A stretch of DNA of 64,000 bases, taken from the UHGV virus genome UHGV-0070660. One strand, given 5' to 3'. The translations under genes were made by a program, and so were the position numbers. This DNA is from a virus. Under the pieces are notes generated by a model, which saw only the letters and a list, made by a program, of their open reading frames with translations, did no database searches and was not told the origin of the DNA. This document shows, piece by piece, positions 23,516 through 36,231 of this stretch; position 1 is the stretch's first letter, and each line of letters opens with the position of its first letter.

Positions 23516-23540
23516 TTTATCATTAAAAATAATATATTTA

Positions 23541-23801
23541 TTAGTGCATGATGTTTGCCATCTCATAGGCGTCAGCCAGTAACTCCATCTCTGACTTGTT
23601 CAGCAAGGTGAATTCTTTCTTGCCTCCAACCACACCATCGGCATGAACAGGGACCAGCCAGGGGTATTTTTCTCTTACTTCAGCCGGTGCTGCATGCTGG
23701 TGGTGCCATCTACAAAGTGGCAACTGCTTTTTGTGACAACCCGGCGCGGTACGACCGGAGATATGGTGCAGAGACACCTCTTCAGATATTACTCCATGCA
23801 T
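23541..23801 (-). CDS. small HNH-motif protein, possibly the 3' remnant of ref
   Basis: 86 aa with LHHISG...GCHKKQLPLCRWHHQ HNH-like motif; starts 20 nt from Tn3 deletion junction with no RBS. Confidence 0.4.
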   Translation of the reverse strand: MHGVISEEVSLHHISGRTAPGCHKKQLPLCRWHHQHAAPAEVREKYPWLVPVHADGVVGGKKEFTLLNKSEMELLADAYEMANIMH

Positions 23802-24820
23802 ATAGCAGGCAATGCAGGGGAGAGCGCCAATGCAGATTTATCCAGATCCTTCAGCGAGCGGAGCCGTTTTTTCTGCCCAATCTTTCTGGCGTCACGGATG
23901 ATAACGGCCAGCATGGCGTCCAGAACGTCCAATGCATCATCCAGCGCCAGCGTTTCCCATGCAAGGACAAAGGCAACCAGAACCGCCATCCTTTTCTGCG
24001 GTGACATCCTGGCAATATTGAACACCGAAGTCATACCAGCATAACGTGCGAGATTTTTCAGGCGCACAGCCGGGAGTGTACTCAGGTTTTCAGCATGCAG
24101 GCCAAAATCGTTCAGAGTTTTCCAGCGTTCAATTGCTTCATTAAACGCCGGACCACTGATGGTCACAGGGCCCTTTTTCAGTGATTCCAGTAAAGACAGG
24201 CGGCTGCAATCAGTTGGCCCCAGCAGCATCTCCAGCTGTGAACGCTGTTCGGCTGACGGTATCAGTGCCAGTTTGTTCCACAGGCGCAACGTCGCCTTTT
24301 CCCTTACCTCTGAAATCAACCGGGTCAGCGTAGTGGCTCCGGGGAGAATAATACGATGTTGCATAAGCCACCCTGTCGCCAGATCGAAAAGCAGGCCAGG
24401 ACGTTCGTTGCTTATCCAGCTCCGGGTATATAAAAGACGGGTAAGGCGAAATGTCCAGGGCCAGGCAAATTCACGATACTGATAGTGCTGACGTATCAGC
24501 GCTGCATGCTCACGGCGGGTATTTTCCCTCTGACCGTATTCTGCAAGAACGGTGATATCACGAATCCCGAGCTGTCTGGCGGTAAAATGCCGGACGCCGG
24601 AAGGAATATGATTCATATCGGTGAGGAAGGTGCCCAGAAAACGGACACATCCAATTTGCAGGGCAATGCCCAGACGGTTGTGATCACCTCTGCTTTTTCC
24701 GATAAATTCCTTGTCTGCTTCATCAAGGTGAAAATATCGTGCCAGCTGAAGCTCATCCGGTTCACCGGTGAATCTGCCATAGCTTTCAGTCTGCTCAGTG
24801 GTCAGAAAGTCAACGGGCAT
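23789..24820 (-). pseudogene. tnpA: Tn3 transposase TnpA, N-terminal about 337 aa only
   Basis: begins MPVDFLTTEQTESYGRFTGEPDELQLARYFHLDEADKEF; Tn3 TnpA is about 1000 aa, frame ends after short junction-encoded tail. Confidence 0.85.
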
Positions 24821-25541
<721 letters not shown>

Positions 25542-25653
25542 TACGCCTATTTTTATAGGTTAATGTCATGATAATAATGGTTTCTTAGACGTCAGGTGGC
25601 ACTTTTCGGGGAAATGTGCGCGGAACCCCTATTTGTTTATTTTTCTAAATACA

Positions 25654-25681
25654 TTCAAATATGTATCCGCTCATGAGACAA
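25654..25681 (+). promoter_or_regulatory. bla P3-type promoter
   Basis: TTCAAA -35 and GACAAT -10 in TTCAAATATGTATCCGCTCATGAGACAAT. Confidence 0.7.
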
Positions 25682-25711
25682 TAACCCTGGTAAATGCTTC
25701 AATAATATTGA

Positions 25712-26584
<873 letters not shown>

Positions 26585-26693
26585 CTGTCAGACCAAGTTT
26601 ACTCATATATACTTTAGATTGATTTAAAACTTCATTTTTAATTTAAAAGGATCTAGGTGAAGATCCTTTTTGATAATCTCATGACCAAAATCC

Positions 26694-26731
26694 CTTAACG
26701 TGAGTTTTCGTTCCACTGAGCGTCAGACCCC
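26694..26731. repeat. Tn3 38-bp terminal inverted repeat (right end)
   Basis: CTTAACGTGAGTTTTCGTTCCACTGAGCGTCAGACCCC. Confidence 0.9.
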
Positions 26732-26755
26732 AATACAAACCCGCTCTTTTGTGCA

Positions 26756-26780
26756 GCCTGGCTCCTTGCCAGGCTTTTTT
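26756..26780 (+). terminator. rho-independent terminator-like hairpin
   Basis: GCCTGGC-TCCTT-GCCAGGC followed by TTTTTT; overlaps cra stop. Confidence 0.6.
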
Positions 26781-27090
26781 ATTTCATCATGGAAGCTGTT
26801 AACGCTTTGGATCTTGCTGAACTGATTGAAAGGGCATTGTTTACCTTACCCAGGAGTTCGCCAAATTCCGCCATCACTCTAGTAAGCCCGCGCCGCGCTT
26901 CCTCCTCCGTTGCATTCATCACAAAATGTTCAGCACTCCGCATGCTTTTAACGGGGAACGCAACAGATATCGAGTCGATATCAGGCATCCTATCGCTCAA
27001 CTTTACGGTGACAATGACAGATGGTGACTGAATTTGAGAGCTTACAGACAGCACCACATATTTTCCGTCTATTTTGAAATCCTTCCGCAT
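26779..27090 (-). CDS. cra: Cra (cre-associated function) by position
   Basis: 103-aa ORF immediately downstream of cre. Confidence 0.5.
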   Translation of the reverse strand: MRKDFKIDGKYVVLSVSSQIQSPSVIVTVKLSDRMPDIDSISVAFPVKSMRSAEHFVMNATEEEARRGLTRVMAEFGELLGKVNNALSISSARSKALTASMMK

Positions 27091-27106
27091 GTGTCACCAT
27101 AAATAT

Positions 27107-27123
27107 CAAATAATTAGAGCAAT
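27107..27123 (-). promoter_or_regulatory. C1 operator-like site upstream of cra
   Basis: 14/17 match to operator consensus, core TTAGAGCAAT. Confidence 0.5.
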
Positions 27124-27140
27124 CAAGCGTAAATAAACGG

Positions 27141-28172
27141 CTAGTCGCCATCTTCCAGCAGACGCACCATTGCCCCCGTTTCACTATCCAGGTTACGAAT
27201 GTAGTTCATGACAATATTTACGTTGGTCCAGCCACCAGCTTGCATGATCTCCGGTATTGAAACTCCGGCGCGGGCCATATCTCGCGCGGCACCGACACGG
27301 GCACTATGTCCAGACCAGGCCAGGTATCGCTGACCAGAGTCATCTTTTGCCCCGTAAATCAATCGGTGAGTTGCTTCAAAAATCCCTTCCAAGGCGCGAG
27401 TTGATAGCTGGCTGGTGGATGATGGCGCGGCAACACCATTTTTTCTGACCCGGCAAAACAGGTAGTTATTCGGATCATCAGCTACACCAGAGACGGAAAT
27501 CCATCGCTCGACCAGTTTAGTTACCCCCAGGCTAAGTGCCTTCTCTACACCTGCGGTACTAACCAGCGTTTTCGTTCTGCCAATATGGATTAACATTCTC
27601 CCACCGTCAGTACGTGAGATATCTTTAACCCTGATCCTGGCAATTTCGGCTATACGTAACAGGGTGTTATAAGCAATCCCCAGAAATGCCAGATTACGTA
27701 TATCCTGGCAGCGATCGCTATTTTCCATGAGTGAACGAACCTGGTCGAAATCAGTGCGTTCGAACGCTAGAGCCTGTTTTGCACGTTCACCGGCATCAAC
27801 GTTTTCTTTTCGGATCCGCCGCATAACCAGTGAAACAGCATTGCTGTCACTTGGTCGTGGCAGCCCGGACCGACGATGAAGCATGTTTAGCTGGCCCAAA
27901 TGTTGCTGGATAGTTTTTACTGCCAGACCGCGCGCCTGAAGATATAGAAGATAATCGCGAACATCTTCAGGTTCTGCGGGAAACCATTTCCGGTTATTCA
28001 ACTTGCACCATGCCGCCCACGACCGGCAAACGGACAGAAGCATTTTCCAGGTATGCTCAGAAAACGCCTGGCGATCCCTGAACATGTCCATCAGGTTCTT
28101 GCGAACCTCATCACTCGTTGCATCGACCGGTAATGCAGGCAAATTTTGGTGTACGGTCAGTAAATTGGACAT
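27141..28172 (-). CDS. cre: Cre site-specific tyrosine recombinase
   Basis: 343 aa MSNLLTVHQNLPALPVDATSDEVRKNLMDMFRDRQAFSEH... ending LEDGD. Confidence 0.98.
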   Translation of the reverse strand: MSNLLTVHQNLPALPVDATSDEVRKNLMDMFRDRQAFSEHTWKMLLSVCRSWAAWCKLNNRKWFPAEPEDVRDYLLYLQARGLAVKTIQQHLGQLNMLHRRSGLPRPSDSNAVSLVMRRIRKENVDAGERAKQALAFERTDFDQVRSLMENSDRCQDIRNLAFLGIAYNTLLRIAEIARIRVKDISRTDGGRMLIHIGRTKTLVSTAGVEKALSLGVTKLVERWISVSGVADDPNNYLFCRVRKNGVAAPSSTSQLSTRALEGIFEATHRLIYGAKDDSGQRYLAWSGHSARVGAARDMARAGVSIPEIMQAGGWTNVNIVMNYIRNLDSETGAMVRLLEDGD

Positions 28173-28590
28173 TTAACACTCAGATAATAGTTTTAAGTAA
28201 AGTGTACAGGATTGGCTCTGCCTTTACCTGTTTATGGTTCTCGTCATAGAAACGCCAGCGACCGCGCGTGCGTTCTATTTTCTCTTCACCGCGCGATAAT
28301 GACAGTTGGCAACTATCACGATCAAACCCTTTTGCCCGCCAGTAACCACGGTTTTTCTCAAGCTCAAGATGAGTGGACACTTTAGCAGCTGAATATCCCA
28401 TTTTTCACCTCTGATTGATTGGTGGTGCTAAGTGCGCTACGCGAAATCTGGAGCACTAACACTGCCAACATTTCGCAGATTTTACGTAGCGCAACCTTGA
28501 TCAAATGATCAAGTGATCACTATTTAACCTGATAAGGTATTGAACTGTATGGATTTACAGGTAAATTGATCATGTTCAATAACCCTTAAG

Positions 28591-28624
28591 ATAACTTCGT
28601 ATAATGTATGCTATACGAAGTTAT
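28591..28624. other. loxP: loxP site
   Basis: ATAACTTCGTATA-ATGTATGC-TATACGAAGTTAT, 13-bp inverted repeats with 8-bp spacer, in reverse of canonical orientation. Confidence 0.98.
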
Positions 28625-28667
28625 TAGGTCCGAAGAGGAGTTTACGTCCAGCTGCGCATAAAAATCA

Positions 28668-28684
28668 AGAATTATTAGAGCAAT
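28668..28684 (-). promoter_or_regulatory. C1 operator-like site
   Basis: 15/17 match. Confidence 0.55.
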
Positions 28685-28750
28685 AAATTTTGAGAGAAAA
28701 ATCCCACTCCACCAGCCAAAAACTGGATTGTTTTTCATTGTTGTTTGACA

Positions 28751-28767
28751 ATTGCTCTAATAAATTA
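28751..28767 (+). promoter_or_regulatory. C1 operator-like site
   Basis: ATTGCTCTAATAAATTA, 16/17 match. Confidence 0.65.
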
Positions 28768-29005
28768 TAGTTTTGCCGCCGTTTCGTAATACGACTTTGG
28801 ATTCACTATTTAATGTGTCTTCAGCGTTGTAGAGCGGCTCAGAAGGAAATGAGCAAACAGGGAAACCTTATACAACGGCATTACAGCTATGCATTGCTCA
28901 TCTTACACACAGCGCAATGTTGTTAGATTACCCCAGCATGGATCATGGGTGAAACAGTAGGTCAGAGCTTCAGGCTCTGTGTTGTCAATACAGTGAGGCA
29001 TAATT

Positions 29006-29215
29006 ATGGCTTTCATTCCACCAACCATCGACGACGTTAGACATTGCTCTAACGCTTTATCTGTAGACCCTGCCGAAACCGACGCTGCCCGCGCCATTGC
29101 TGAACACTACTCAAAGATATCCAATCAGGAGTACCGCATCACCCAAGACGACCTGGATGATCTCACTGACACAATCGAATATCTCATGGCCACTAACCAG
29201 CCAGACTCACAATAA
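29006..29215 (+). CDS. coi: Coi, C1 inactivator
   Basis: 69 aa MAFIPPTIDDVRH...; immediately upstream of c1. Confidence 0.85.
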   Translation: MAFIPPTIDDVRHCSNALSVDPAETDAARAIAEHYSKISNQEYRITQDDLDDLTDTIEYLMATNQPDSQ

Positions 29216-29231
29216 ATGCACTAATAAATCT
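29215..29231 (+). promoter_or_regulatory. C1 operator-like site between coi and c1
   Basis: AATGCACTAATAAATCT, 14/17 match. Confidence 0.45.
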
Positions 29232-29325
29232 ATTATTTTCGTTGGATCCTTCTATAATGGTGGCCAACAACTCCCAGTGTAATCCGCTGTGAGTTGTTGG
29301 CCATGTCAATTCTGGAGGAGGATCA

Positions 29326-30177
29326 ATGATAAATTATGTCTACGGCGAACAACTGTACCAGGAGTTCGTCAGCTTCAGGGATCTCTTTCTAAAAAAAGCT
29401 GTTGCACGCGCCCAACACGTTGATGCCGCCAGCGACGGTCGTCCTGTACGCCCGGTTGTCGTTCTGCCGTTCAAAGAAACGGACAGCATTCAGGCTGAAA
29501 TTGATAAATGGACTTTAATGGCGCGAGAACTGGAACAGTACCCAGACCTCAATATCCCAAAGACTATTTTATATCCAGTGCCTAACATCCTTCGCGGTGT
29601 GCGTAAGGTTACAACTTATCAGACAGAAGCTGTGAACAGCGTCAACATGACCGCTGGCCGCATTATTCATCTGATTGATAAGGACATTCGCATCCAGAAA
29701 AGCGCGGGGATCAATGAGCACAGTGCGAAATACATAGAGAACCTGGAAGCAACAAAAGAGCTAATGAAGCAGTACCCGGAGGATGAAAAATTCCGTATGC
29801 GTGTACACGGCTTTAGCGAAACAATGCTGCGCGTCCATTACATTTCCAGTAGCCCTAACTACAATGATGGTAAATCAGTTAGTTACCATGTGCCGCTGTG
29901 TGGTGTGTTTATCTGCGATGAAACTCTCCGTGATGGAATCATCATCAACGGTGAATTCGAGAAAGCAAAATTTAGCCTTTATGACTCTATAGAACCGATC
30001 ATCTGCGACCGCTGGCCGCAGGCAAAAATATATCGCCTGGCAGATATTGAAAATGTAAAAAAACAAATTGCCATCACTCGCGAAGAGAAAAAGGTCAAAT
30101 CAGCCGCATCAGTTACGCGCAGCCGTAAAACTAAGAAGGGGCAGCCAGTAAACGACAACCCCGAAAGCGCGCAATAG
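29326..30177 (+). CDS. c1: C1 immunity repressor
   Basis: 283 aa MINYVYGEQLYQEFVSFRDLF...; operator-like sites nearby. Confidence 0.92.
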   Translation: MINYVYGEQLYQEFVSFRDLFLKKAVARAQHVDAASDGRPVRPVVVLPFKETDSIQAEIDKWTLMARELEQYPDLNIPKTILYPVPNILRGVRKVTTYQTEAVNSVNMTAGRIIHLIDKDIRIQKSAGINEHSAKYIENLEATKELMKQYPEDEKFRMRVHGFSETMLRVHYISSSPNYNDGKSVSYHVPLCGVFICDETLRDGIIINGEFEKAKFSLYDSIEPIICDRWPQAKIYRLADIENVKKQIAITREEKKVKSAASVTRSRKTKKGQPVNDNPESAQ

Positions 30178-30201
30178 TTTCTATCCGGCATGGTTAATGA
30201 G

Positions 30202-31686
30202 TTATTCATTAAGCCATGCCAGAGCTTCATCAACCTGCGCTTCGTCTTCGACGCTAAGCACTTCATCCTGGGGAACATAGTTCGCCAACATAGCGAAACA
30301 ATATGTATCCCAATGGTCCGGTGAGTGCAGGTTGAGTTTTTTCTTCATATCTTCCTTTGACATCACCTTCCATTGACCTGCGGAATTTATCCCTACCGGT
30401 ATCTTTGATGCTTCCTCTATAGTCGCAGCCCCCTTATCAAGCCTCATACGCCCTGATTTTACAGCTTCTGCCGCCTGAATATTCGCGAAAGCGCGCATAT
30501 CGAAATAAAGGCTTTTATCTTCACGGCTGTGCATCTTTTTACCCCAGCGGATACGCTGGACGGTAATGCCATAGCGTTCGTACATTAGATCAGCCGTCGA
30601 TTTCCCCAAGCCATCGCCATCAATAGCTATGGTTATGTTCGGGAACCGTTCTGGGTTACATTCTGCGAAAATCTTGGCGGCTAACTGCGTTTCTGTAACG
30701 TCTGTGTATTCCAGCATACGATAGTTGATTACACGGCGTTTATTTCGCTGGCCGGACACCATCATGATATTAATAACGGACTTATCTCGTCCTGTGCCAC
30801 CAGCAACGTCAACACATGCAACCCAGCCCCATCCTTTGGCAATCTTGACCTTTCGCCGCGTCGCCCGCTCAACCTCATCACGACCAAGAAGAAAGCCATC
30901 TTGAGATTTGGGAAATTCACCACGTACTTTGATCATGTACATGGGGTTATCACGACCGCCATACTCCGCAAGTTTTGCTCGTATAAATTTTGCATCTACA
31001 AGCGGAGATTCTTCACTATTCAGTATTATCGCAGTAAACAATCCATCAGGATTTCCCGGGCGAATAGCTAGTCTGTGGTGTGAATCGTAGAAATAGCCTG
31101 AAGGTCGCGTAGGCTGGGAAAGAAGCAGAATACGGTTATCCTTACCGGTCAGCGCACCTGTTATCACACTGAATGCTTTATCACTCACACCCGACGCTTC
31201 GTCGATGATATACAAGAGATGATCGGCGTGTTCACCAGCCAACGCCTCCTCATTCCCGGGGCGACAGGACTTTATCAATATTGTCCAAACACCCTTGCCA
31301 GTCACCTCAAAAAAAGACGTTTCTGTAAGAATGAAATACTTTGACAACCACGGGAATCTGCTAACAGCAGTAGCCCAATTGCTCTTTATGTATTTGAAAA
31401 TACCATCAAGGACTTGCTGTCTTTTGTTAGCGACCAGAATGACGCGAGCGCCGGGGAAAAACATGATGAAGAGTATTGCAATGATACTCGTCATATCCGA
31501 TTTACCAGTACCATGGCCGGAGGTCACACTTGTCCAACTGCCGTCCTGCTGCGTGGACTCAATGATCTCATCCTGCTGCCAGGTTGGTGTCTTCCCAAAC
31601 AACACATCAGCGGCCGCAATCCAGTCATAACGATATAGCGCCACAAGCTCGCGCCAACGTGGGTCCGTTACGCAACTTCTGGCCAT
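30202..31686 (-). CDS. pacB: terminase large subunit PacB
   Basis: 494 aa, Walker A GHGTGKS, overlaps pacA stop. Confidence 0.8.
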
Positions 31687-32879
31687 TAATCATCATCCCC
31701 GTACAGTTTGCGGGTAACTTCTTCGTCTTCCTCCTCGTCTTCGTCCAGATCCTGTTCAAGCCATGCTTCGTTTGATATGCCTTCCGCATCGACATCACCA
31801 TAACCACCTGTATCGACGATATCGGCAATTTCTTCTCTACGATGCTCAATCCACAATGCGGCATCAGCGCGGCGGCTGGCGGCCCGTTCTCGCGCGATTT
31901 TATCCAGATCTTCAAGTGATGGAGCGCCAGATGCTGTTTGGTTTTCCTCATCATCGGTATTGGTCTTAGGAGCACGCAGATCGGCTTTGATTTGCTCCAG
32001 CATCAGGGGAGGCACTTTTCCTCCATGCGCCTCGATGAATTCAGCCGCTTCCAGCACTGACCAGTTATTTTCACGCTTTCGTTCGTATGCCAGCTTAACA
32101 ATGCCAGCTTGCCCCATAGATAAAGCGTGCTTTTCCGCCTCCCGGCTTTCTTTTCGATAGTTATTCCGGATGCTGTAAATGGTGTTGATCAGGCTGCTTA
32201 TCTGCGCGGAACAGCTGTTTAGCATGCTCGCGATACGGTATTCAGGCGGAGTACCTTCATCATCGTCTTTTTGCTGATCGCGCATTTCCTGCACTAGGCG
32301 AATACACGTATCCCTGGCGTTCTCCAGCATAAGGAGATGAGAAAGAGACTTTTCCAGAAGAGTGGTTTCCAGAACATCGGCCCCGGACCGACGCAACATA
32401 GCGCGCGCGGCCTTCCGCGCTTCAACGTTATCTATCAGGTAATCGCCAGCTTCGAATTCAAAGCGTTCACCATCATCATCCAGGGTGTCGCGTTCCAGGC
32501 GATCACGTAAGGTCCGGTGGGCGCGGGTGATCACGTCATGATCATCTGAACGATCATTTATGCGCTTATTTTGGCGCTTCGCATTCTCGACTGCGGCACT
32601 GACAACGGCATTAACTCTTTGTTTTTCCGCTATTTCAGCCGAAATGTGATCACCTGCATGTTGATCATTAGAGTGATCAATGATCATGCTTTTTAGTGGC
32701 TTCCTGACTGGCTTATTTGGCTTGCGGCTGTCCGTAGTCCTGGTGTCTTCTTTGAAGGCACGGAGATAACGACGTGCGGTATTAGGGTTAAGATTAAACT
32801 CGGCGGCATACTGTGCGATGGTGTAACCACCATCTCGCGCCAGGCGAGCAAAATTCTTCTTGTGATCGTCCCAGGTCAC
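31686..32879 (-). CDS. pacA: terminase small subunit PacA
   Basis: 397 aa, N-terminal HTH-like region, contains the pac hexamer clusters. Confidence 0.8.
32528..32686. other. pac: pac packaging site
   Basis: three plus four GATC-containing hexamers (TGATCA/CGATCA) flanking about 90-bp core within pacA. Confidence 0.8.
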
Positions 32880-32964
32880 TTATGCTTCCTTTCGTAAAAA
32901 CTCTTTTTGACGCGAGGGTAACGAAAGTCACATGTCAAAAGGCCCGGAACGGGCAAGCAATCAA

Positions 32965-33417
32965 TCAGATACGTGCGGATGTGGCATTACCGTAATGACG
33001 GTGCTGACGGGCCACCTTATTGAAAAGTTGACGCGCCATTACCCAAGGCTGGTGCTCCCGGCGTTCCTTTTCGTCCTGCGTCATATAGAGTTCGTTCTGG
33101 AGTTTTTCATCAAACCGGCGCGGAGCGCGGCTACGGCGAAAGAATTCAGGATTCAGAGAGTGGATCTGAAATCTACGTGGGCGTGTACTGTCATCTATCA
33201 AAACAGACGAATACTTAGACACAGCGATAGCCTTTAAGCGCAGATAAACATCGCGCTTATCGACATCCAGATGCGGGTATTCCTTTTCAAGAATTGCTGC
33301 GAGTTCTTTCGCTGATAGAAGAGATTTAGTGCGGATCATGTAATCCGCAATCTCGTACGATGTTATTCGTGAGTGATTTATTTCCATGAAGTGGCGTCCC
33401 TGCCAGTTAAGTAACAT
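32965..33417 (-). CDS. lpa: late promoter activator Lpa by position
   Basis: 150-aa ORF upstream of pacA with C1 operator-like site 70 nt upstream. Confidence 0.5.
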   Translation of the reverse strand: MLLNWQGRHFMEINHSRITSYEIADYMIRTKSLLSAKELAAILEKEYPHLDVDKRDVYLRLKAIAVSKYSSVLIDDSTRPRRFQIHSLNPEFFRRSRAPRRFDEKLQNELYMTQDEKERREHQPWVMARQLFNKVARQHRHYGNATSARI

Positions 33418-33487
33418 CCTGTCACCTACTGATTAGCCCATGTCAACTAATCAACGTGGAATATAATACCCTCGATTAAAGAAATAG

Positions 33488-33504
33488 CAATACATTAGAG
33501 CAAT
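33488..33504 (-). promoter_or_regulatory. C1 operator-like site upstream of lpa
   Basis: 14/17 match. Confidence 0.5.
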
Positions 33505-33505
33505 T

Positions 33506-34549
33506 TTATCTAACACTCGACGAATGACTTGTGATAACGCCCACTCCAAGCGCGTAATCAAAGAACAATCGTTGATGCATCGCCAACCTACCGTGCGTCT
33601 TCTCCCAATTATCGCGGTCACGCTCAATATCACGCTGGCATGACTGGCACAGAGGAATTGCGTAAATGTCATGCGCGCATAATCGACTATGACGAACGAT
33701 ATAAGGCGTAATGTGAGCGCCAGCTCCCGCAGCTCCACACCCACAGCATGGACGGGAAGCAACAAAGTCCATGTACTCAGGTAATTTTAGCGATTGCAGT
33801 TTTGGTATTTTGAAATGCGCCATGCCAGGGTCGGAGTCAACATCCACAGGGCATACTTTTGCACGCATCGGCGCGGCGCGTTCTTCCATCATCTGAACAT
33901 ATGCTGTAGCGCGATCGTCATACGGGCGAATATCCGCCTCTTTCAGAGGTCCGCTATCCTGCGGAGTAGCCTTCATCTTATTTATTGATATGCGGCAGAC
34001 TTCTTCCGGCATCAGGTGCATCATGTTGCGCATGAAAGCCCACCAGCACAGCTCCTGAATACTTAAATCATGGCTATTTGAAAGGCCCATTTCCTGACGG
34101 GCGACATCCAGTATCCAGTTAACGCGATTATTGTGCAGCGTTTCTTTCAGCTCATTAAAACCACGCATCCGGTAATGGTTATCGTGATGCCAGCACAACA
34201 ACACCGCGCTATTGTCTCGTTCAGCGTGGACAATATGGTTGTCACACCAACTACGATCTGCGGCCTGGCATTGACCCTCTTTCCTACGCAACCACGCCAC
34301 CAGCGCGTCAATTCCACCAATACGGCGAAACAGTTCATCGCTGTTAAAAAACGGCTGCAACGCCTCATTTGTTGCCATGGTTTGCTCGGTAACAACGAGG
34401 CCGTCTTCCATGTGCTCGATTAACTCACGCGGCACCGGCTCCATGATAAATTTACGGCCAGCCTCCACCAGTTTTCTGACCTCCTGATCCACTTTGAACG
34501 TGGCGAGGCCAAGCTCTTTCTGTACAAAGGGAGTAATTACGGCTTTCAC
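33506..34549 (-). CDS. hypothetical protein with Cys-rich C-terminal region
   Basis: 347-aa ORF, CCGCG...CQSCQ cluster. Confidence 0.45.
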   Translation of the reverse strand: MKAVITPFVQKELGLATFKVDQEVRKLVEAGRKFIMEPVPRELIEHMEDGLVVTEQTMATNEALQPFFNSDELFRRIGGIDALVAWLRRKEGQCQAADRSWCDNHIVHAERDNSAVLLCWHHDNHYRMRGFNELKETLHNNRVNWILDVARQEMGLSNSHDLSIQELCWWAFMRNMMHLMPEEVCRISINKMKATPQDSGPLKEADIRPYDDRATAYVQMMEERAAPMRAKVCPVDVDSDPGMAHFKIPKLQSLKLPEYMDFVASRPCCGCGAAGAGAHITPYIVRHSRLCAHDIYAIPLCQSCQRDIERDRDNWEKTHGRLAMHQRLFFDYALGVGVITSHSSSVR

Positions 34550-34576
34550 ATCACACCTTTAATCACTGATTGGGCT

Positions 34577-34777
34577 TTATCTGCTGCCCGGCATTCTCTG
34601 TTTAAGCACAACCATTTCCTGACGGCATAACACAGCAATAGCGGTCCTGACTCCAATTTGCTTACCAACCAGGTATTGCTTTACCTTGCGGCGACTCACG
34701 CCATCAAGAAGCATCTTTAACGCTTCAAGGGACAATTTGTTGTATTTGCGTGCCATTAATCTACTCCGCAGAACCAT
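34577..34777 (-). CDS. small hypothetical protein
   Basis: 66-aa ORF downstream of doc. Confidence 0.25.
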   Translation of the reverse strand: MVLRSRLMARKYNKLSLEALKMLLDGVSRRKVKQYLVGKQIGVRTAIAVLCRQEMVVLKQRMPGSR

Positions 34778-35141
34778 ACAATCTACGTAACGTGTCGGCG
34801 ACAGAAGATACAGATATCTCGCCAGTCGCAGCGCCTACAGTAAGGTCTGCCAGTTCAGGTGAATCAAATACCTGCACCCCGTTACGGCGTAGAAATAGCA
34901 GCGCACTGTTTAGCGCGGTACGCTTATTGGCATCATTGAATATATGCCCTCTCGCTGTAGCCACCAGGTAGGTGGCGGAGACTTCGAAAAGGTCGGTGAT
35001 CTCTTCGTAGGCAACTCTGGCCTGAACTCTCCCGATAATGGCCTCTGCCCTACCCGGATCTGACATGCCAGGCAGGCCGCCGTAGCGGCTTATATTCGCA
35101 TCATGAAGCGCAACAAGTTCTTCCGGTGATATATGTCTCAT
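34761..35141 (-). CDS. doc: Doc toxin (Fic-family kinase)
   Basis: 126 aa [25 protein letters not shown]..., Fic motif region [11 protein letters not shown]. Confidence 0.95.
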   Translation of the reverse strand: MRHISPEELVALHDANISRYGGLPGMSDPGRAEAIIGRVQARVAYEEITDLFEVSATYLVATARGHIFNDANKRTALNSALLFLRRNGVQVFDSPELADLTVGAATGEISVSSVADTLRRLYGSAE

Positions 35142-35362
35142 TATCGGTTAACCAGTTCCTTGTTGGTGGAGTCCAGGGTGTCAAACAGGGATGCAAATTC
35201 AGCATCCAGCGCCGCTTTTTTGTAGGCTTCGAAAGTAGCCTTGCTGACAATTACTGCTGGCTCACGGCCTCTGCGGGTGATTTCAACCTCTTCCCCGGCT
35301 TCAACATTGTTGAGCACTTCAGAAAGGTTGCCACGCGCGGTACGGAAGTTAATGGATTGCAT
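35141..35362 (-). CDS. phd: Phd antitoxin
   Basis: 73 aa [39 protein letters not shown]...; 1-nt stop/start overlap with doc. Confidence 0.95.
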   Translation of the reverse strand: MQSINFRTARGNLSEVLNNVEAGEEVEITRRGREPAVIVSKATFEAYKKAALDAEFASLFDTLDSTNKELVNR

Positions 35363-35434
35363 AAACACCTCGTGTACTCGTTATGTGTACACAATTATAA
35401 ACTTCACAGGCATAAAGCACCAGCACTTTGCAGC

Positions 35435-35824
35435 TTAAATAACCGGACAATCATCAAATTCCCCACTTCGGGCATCATTGATGACATGAGTGATCACACC
35501 AAAAACAGCATTACTGCCCGTGTATCCATCGTCATCTACTGGTAACGCCTCTTTCTTCCCGGTGCTTAAGTCCTCCAGGTGCTGGCGCGGATACTTCCTG
35601 TATCTCTTTATGCGATATTCACCCTCCATAGCGCACACAAGCAGAGAACCATCAACCGGAGTAAGCGAGGAATCAACCACCAGCAAAGCACCCTGCAATA
35701 TTCCCTCACGGTGATGGCTATCAGCTGCCCGCATGAAGTAGGTCGCTGAAGGATGTCTAATTATCTGCTGATCAAGAGAAATTCGGCTTTCAACATAATC
35801 CGCCGCAGGAGAAGGGAAGCCCAT
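35435..35824 (-). CDS. humD: HumD, UmuD' homolog (S24 peptidase fold)
   Basis: 129 aa, similarity to UmuD C-terminal domain. Confidence 0.8.
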   Translation of the reverse strand: MGFPSPAADYVESRISLDQQIIRHPSATYFMRAADSHHREGILQGALLVVDSSLTPVDGSLLVCAMEGEYRIKRYRKYPRQHLEDLSTGKKEALPVDDDGYTGSNAVFGVITHVINDARSGEFDDCPVI

Positions 35825-35947
35825 AGCGTTTTACCTCAATGATACTGTTTATTCATACAGTATACATTGAAAAGGCATAGTTTGTGAAAGCGGGGTTTGT
35901 AGGCGCGCCACGCTGGGGGCTAATCACATTTCTCCCCCATCTTGCCG

Positions 35948-36199
35948 TTATTTTTTTGGTGCATCCTCGTTCTGATACACCGGATCGCTCCCTTTTGGCA
36001 ACTGGAGGCTTAACTGCCGGTAGTGCCGTAGCCGTTCCATGAAATAGGCGCGCAGGTTTTCCGGTTGCTCACGGGCCACCTGCTCTGCAATCACAGGTAT
36101 ATTCAGCCGTTCTTTGTAAGCAACGCCGCTGGCGGCAAGGTCTACGTTCACCTTGTCTCGCTCTTCCTGGCTTTTAGCTGCTATATTTCGATCTGACAC
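35948..36199 (-). CDS. hot: Hot, homolog of DNA polymerase III theta subunit
   Basis: 83 aa, [36 protein letters not shown] matches HolE pattern. Confidence 0.8.
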   Translation of the reverse strand: MSDRNIAAKSQEERDKVNVDLAASGVAYKERLNIPVIAEQVAREQPENLRAYFMERLRHYRQLSLQLPKGSDPVYQNEDAPKK

Positions 36200-36231
36200 A
36201 AGAAACCTCCAGGAGTTAGTGGATCAGGCAC

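Noticed and set aside
21520-23540. search for EcoP1I-like res/mod genes and IS1 expected between lxc and ref
   Set aside because: No large ORF with type III Mod or Res motifs and no IS1-like insA/insB; the slot holds the DUF2971-like gene instead
28180-28401. 73-aa minus-strand ORF between cre and loxP
   Set aside because: It lies in the cre promoter/leader region; no RBS seen and likely spurious
29043-29059. C1 operator-like site inside coi
   Set aside because: Only 12/17 match to the operator consensus and located within coding sequence; too weak to call
30187-30220. inverted repeat between convergent c1 and pacB as a terminator
   Set aside because: Imperfect stem and no T-run on either strand; may be a protein site or weak structure but not a confident intrinsic terminator
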